A program made the position numbers and the translations under genes. A stretch of 64,000 nt of DNA from contig NC_067402.1 of assembly GCF_016432865.1 (NCBI RefSeq), forward strand, positions 5,580,001-5,644,000, read 5' to 3'. The stretch is from Antechinus flavipes. Lineage: Eukaryota. Shown here one piece after another: positions 61,223 through 64,000 of the stretch; within the stretch, counting starts at the first letter, position 1; every line of letters begins with the position of its first letter. The notes under the pieces were generated by a model. It had not been told where the DNA came from. It worked only from the letters and a program-made list of their open reading frames with translations, and did not search any database.

Positions 61223-63072
61223 GTCACCACACCCAAAGAAGTTCTTAAAAGGCCACTTATAATTATCATAATAGTCACTGGGAGGAGTGAGAATCTGAAG
61301 AGTAATCAGGATCAGCTTTTCTTGTTTGAGAGAGACAAGAGACAGAAAGACAGAGAGACAGACAGACAGACAGACAGAGAGAAACAGGAAGACAAAGAAA
61401 GAGACACACAGAGAGAAAATCAAAGATGAAGGACAATGTGAAGAATGAAGAGATTTAAGGGGAGGCTGGATCTCTATAAGTGTATTAAATCTGGATTCTT
61501 GGGCTGAAATTATCAGTATACTCTTGCTTTAAAGACTGAAAGAGAATTAAAGAAAAAACAAAAAAGATCTGCTTTTTCTTCAGTCTTTCCCAGTGCCAGT
61601 GCTTTAGCAAATATTTTAATAATCTACTTGACTTACTTCTTTAACTTACATGTTTATTGTAAACATAAAGATATTGCAGTTTAGCTAAAAAAGCATAAAT
61701 TTAAATCAGAAAAAAAACCCAGCGAATATTTTTACTGTATTTTAAGAATGTTCATAACTGGGGGCTCTAAGCTACTGTGACATATTCTGAACTTTTGTCT
61801 CATAGACTTCATGAAGCGCCAAAGGAGGGAATCTCATTAACTTGACATTATACATTACTTATAAGCTGGAGGTGTGTGGGAGTGGGGGGAGACAGTACCA
61901 ACTGTTGTAACAGTGTACTGATAAGTAAATATTCACAGATAAGGGAGGTGGAAGAGAGAAGGCGATGGCAGATGACAGCTGGTCAACCTTCCCCTCCACA
62001 ACTGCCCGGGGTTATCAATATCCTAGAGACTTCTTGCAATAGAGATGTTTGGGGTGACCTTGGGGCAGGATTCCAATGGGAGAGCCCAGGTGGCTCAGCA
62101 GGTGCTCTAGACCACATGAAGCTTCTGCTACTAGATTTGAAGTCACTGGTTCAGTTGTGGAGGTGGAAGAGACTCCAGGCTGGGTTTCAGGTTAATAACT
62201 TGTTATAAAAAACAAAGTTCTGTCTGAATTTTTTGACTTGGCCCTTGGATGCTGGTTAAATCAAAGAGGGGGCTAAAACTTTCAGAGAAGAGGGTCTCTG
62301 CTCTCCTCAGTGGAGCAGATCAAAGCTTTTCACAGGACGACTTTGCCGTGTTGGAGACAGCTTCCATCCCCCTCCTCTCCCCATCTTCTTGTTTCCAAAC
62401 TGAGCGTTCTCAGCTTCCTCAAATGATTCTCCCACAACCTGGACTCAAGGCCCTTTACCTTCTAGAGGCCATCCGTGTGCACTCTCCCTCCCATCAGGCT
62501 GGTTCCCTTCTCTGTCAGTCCCCAAATTTGCATGGGATAAATGAGGAGAAAGATGTCCTGATTGTTGTAAACCCCTCGCTGGGCCTGCTGGGCCGCTCTC
62601 AAAGGCCCTGCTGCACTGCATATTCAATGCCCGAGTTCTAGAACGAGCATAATAATTCTGTATTAATATACATTAATGCACACACCACAGATTGATAGAA
62701 TTAATATTTTATGTGCATACACATTCACACACTTTACACCTATTAATATAATTAATTCATTGGATTAATATCCATTTCTAGCATGTTGAGTAGGTAAGTG
62801 CTAGATGGATGTTTGAGGAGGGGGATGGGCATAAAACAATAATGTCGGTTGAGAGAACACGGGGAGAAATGTACTTTGTGAAATTGAATGTTGAATTGGT
62901 GAAAGGATAATACGATCTCGGTCCATCGGGAGGTGTGTGAACATTGGAAAGTGTATTGGAAGCTGACCCTTAGAGATCTAGAACAGCCCCCCAACACGGC
63001 AACATGTTCTAGAGCAAGTTCTTCAGCTTCATGAACATGGGGAACGGTGAAACCTGTTACAAGGATCTATTA

Positions 63073-63253
63073 CAGGGCTTCTGTTTACTTTTTTCTCTTT
63101 TGACCCCCTCGCATCCAAAACATTTTTACGTGATCTATATGAGGTCTACAAATTAAACACTGTACTGATAGAATAAATCATAATTTCATGGCCCCCACAT
63201 TTACTTATATAACCTCCCATATGGCATTGCGACCCAGATTTTCAGAAGCTTTG
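63073..63253 (+). mobile_element. hAT/Charlie-type MITE (~180 bp)
   Basis: Imperfect terminal inverted repeats CAGGGCTTCT / AGAAGCTTTG; internal 'aataaatcataatttcatggcccccacatt...cccatatggcattgcgaccc'; flanking 8-mers atctatta / acctagag are too diverged to confirm a TSD. Confidence 0.6.
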
Positions 63254-64000
63254 ACCTAGAGCAATGCATTTAGGAACAACAGAGCTGTTAAGTGATAAGA
63301 TCAGGAGAAAGATAATGTATATGGTGCTCAAAGTTGGAGAAGTCAAGAACTTCATCATTTACTGTAAATTGGGGTCGGGAGATTCTCAGGAAGGAAGGAA
63401 CATGGTCATAGATCATCTGATCAGAGTGAAATTGCATGAGTATTGTGCTAAGGAGTTCTAAGGCCCCTTCCTAATTGGGGAAAACTGGAGGTAGAATTAC
63501 TGGCCTTACTCTGTCAAAAGAATATTGCCATGACTGGATTATCCACAGAATAATCACATTTTCCATTTTGGTTTTTACTTGAGGAAAAATTAGAGCAAAG
63601 GAGAAGGTGATTTGAAAGTGGGTAGTAAGAATGCACATGATCAGATTAGGAAAGCAGATGTGGTGATCCTTCCATGGATAAGTGCTCAAGCCATCCACAT
63701 CCCTTCTGCCAATATAAGATCTCCAAACATCAGATGAATTTATTTAGTTTAATTTAAATGACTGGGCACAGTATATTGAGGGTCCAGAAAAGCTTCTGGG
63801 AAGAATCAGTGCCAGTGGGTTCCAGGGAGACAGGTAATCCTGTGCAAAGATGGAGGGCCAGGAGATGTTCTTTTTGTTGAATTAAAGTTGAAGCCTAAAT
63901 TTCAGATGAGTTAGGGGAACATGGCTTGTTGATAGTGAAAGACATACTGGAAGATGATATTCCAAAATGCTGATAGTTGTTCATTTAACTAAAGGAGATG

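Noticed and set aside
1-64000. CRISPR-like arrays, tRNA/rRNA/snRNA genes, TE strand bias suggesting a piRNA cluster
   Set aside because: No repeat-spacer structure; tRNA-like boxes occur only as SINE heads; TEs lie on both strands.

Overview
Vertebrate non-coding DNA, most likely from a dasyurid marsupial such as the Tasmanian devil (inferred from WSINE1-type and MAR1-type SINEs, marsupial L1 3' UTRs and RTE relics), in a gapped scaffold with five N-runs. I recognise no host protein-coding exon, RNA gene, CRISPR array or endogenous non-retroviral virus. Nearly all ORFs in the track come from simple repeats, N-gaps or retroposons; the only long meaningful ORF is the C-terminus of L1 ORF2p (30273-31098). 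The window is a mosaic of L1, L2, CR1/L3, RTE, MIR/MAR1/WSINE1, an LTR-like insert and hAT-type MITEs, separated by unique stretches with enhancer-like motif clusters. The left ~28 kb looks GC/CpG-richer than the right part. The best-supported structural observations are: a short L1 insertion with a 3'-transduction signature (22.1-22.4 kb), a TSD-flanked 2.4-kb multiply deleted L1 derivative (38.0-40.4 kb), a ~1.3-kb near-identical tandem duplication whose junction lies in a 9-mer minisatellite (2.3-4.9 kb), CpG islands built on ancient L2 relics, and a 115/152-bp direct repeat pair (58.8 and 61.1 kb). I found no convincing evidence for a new biological system. Repeat family names come from remembered consensus features, not a database search, and boundaries of old repeats are approximate.
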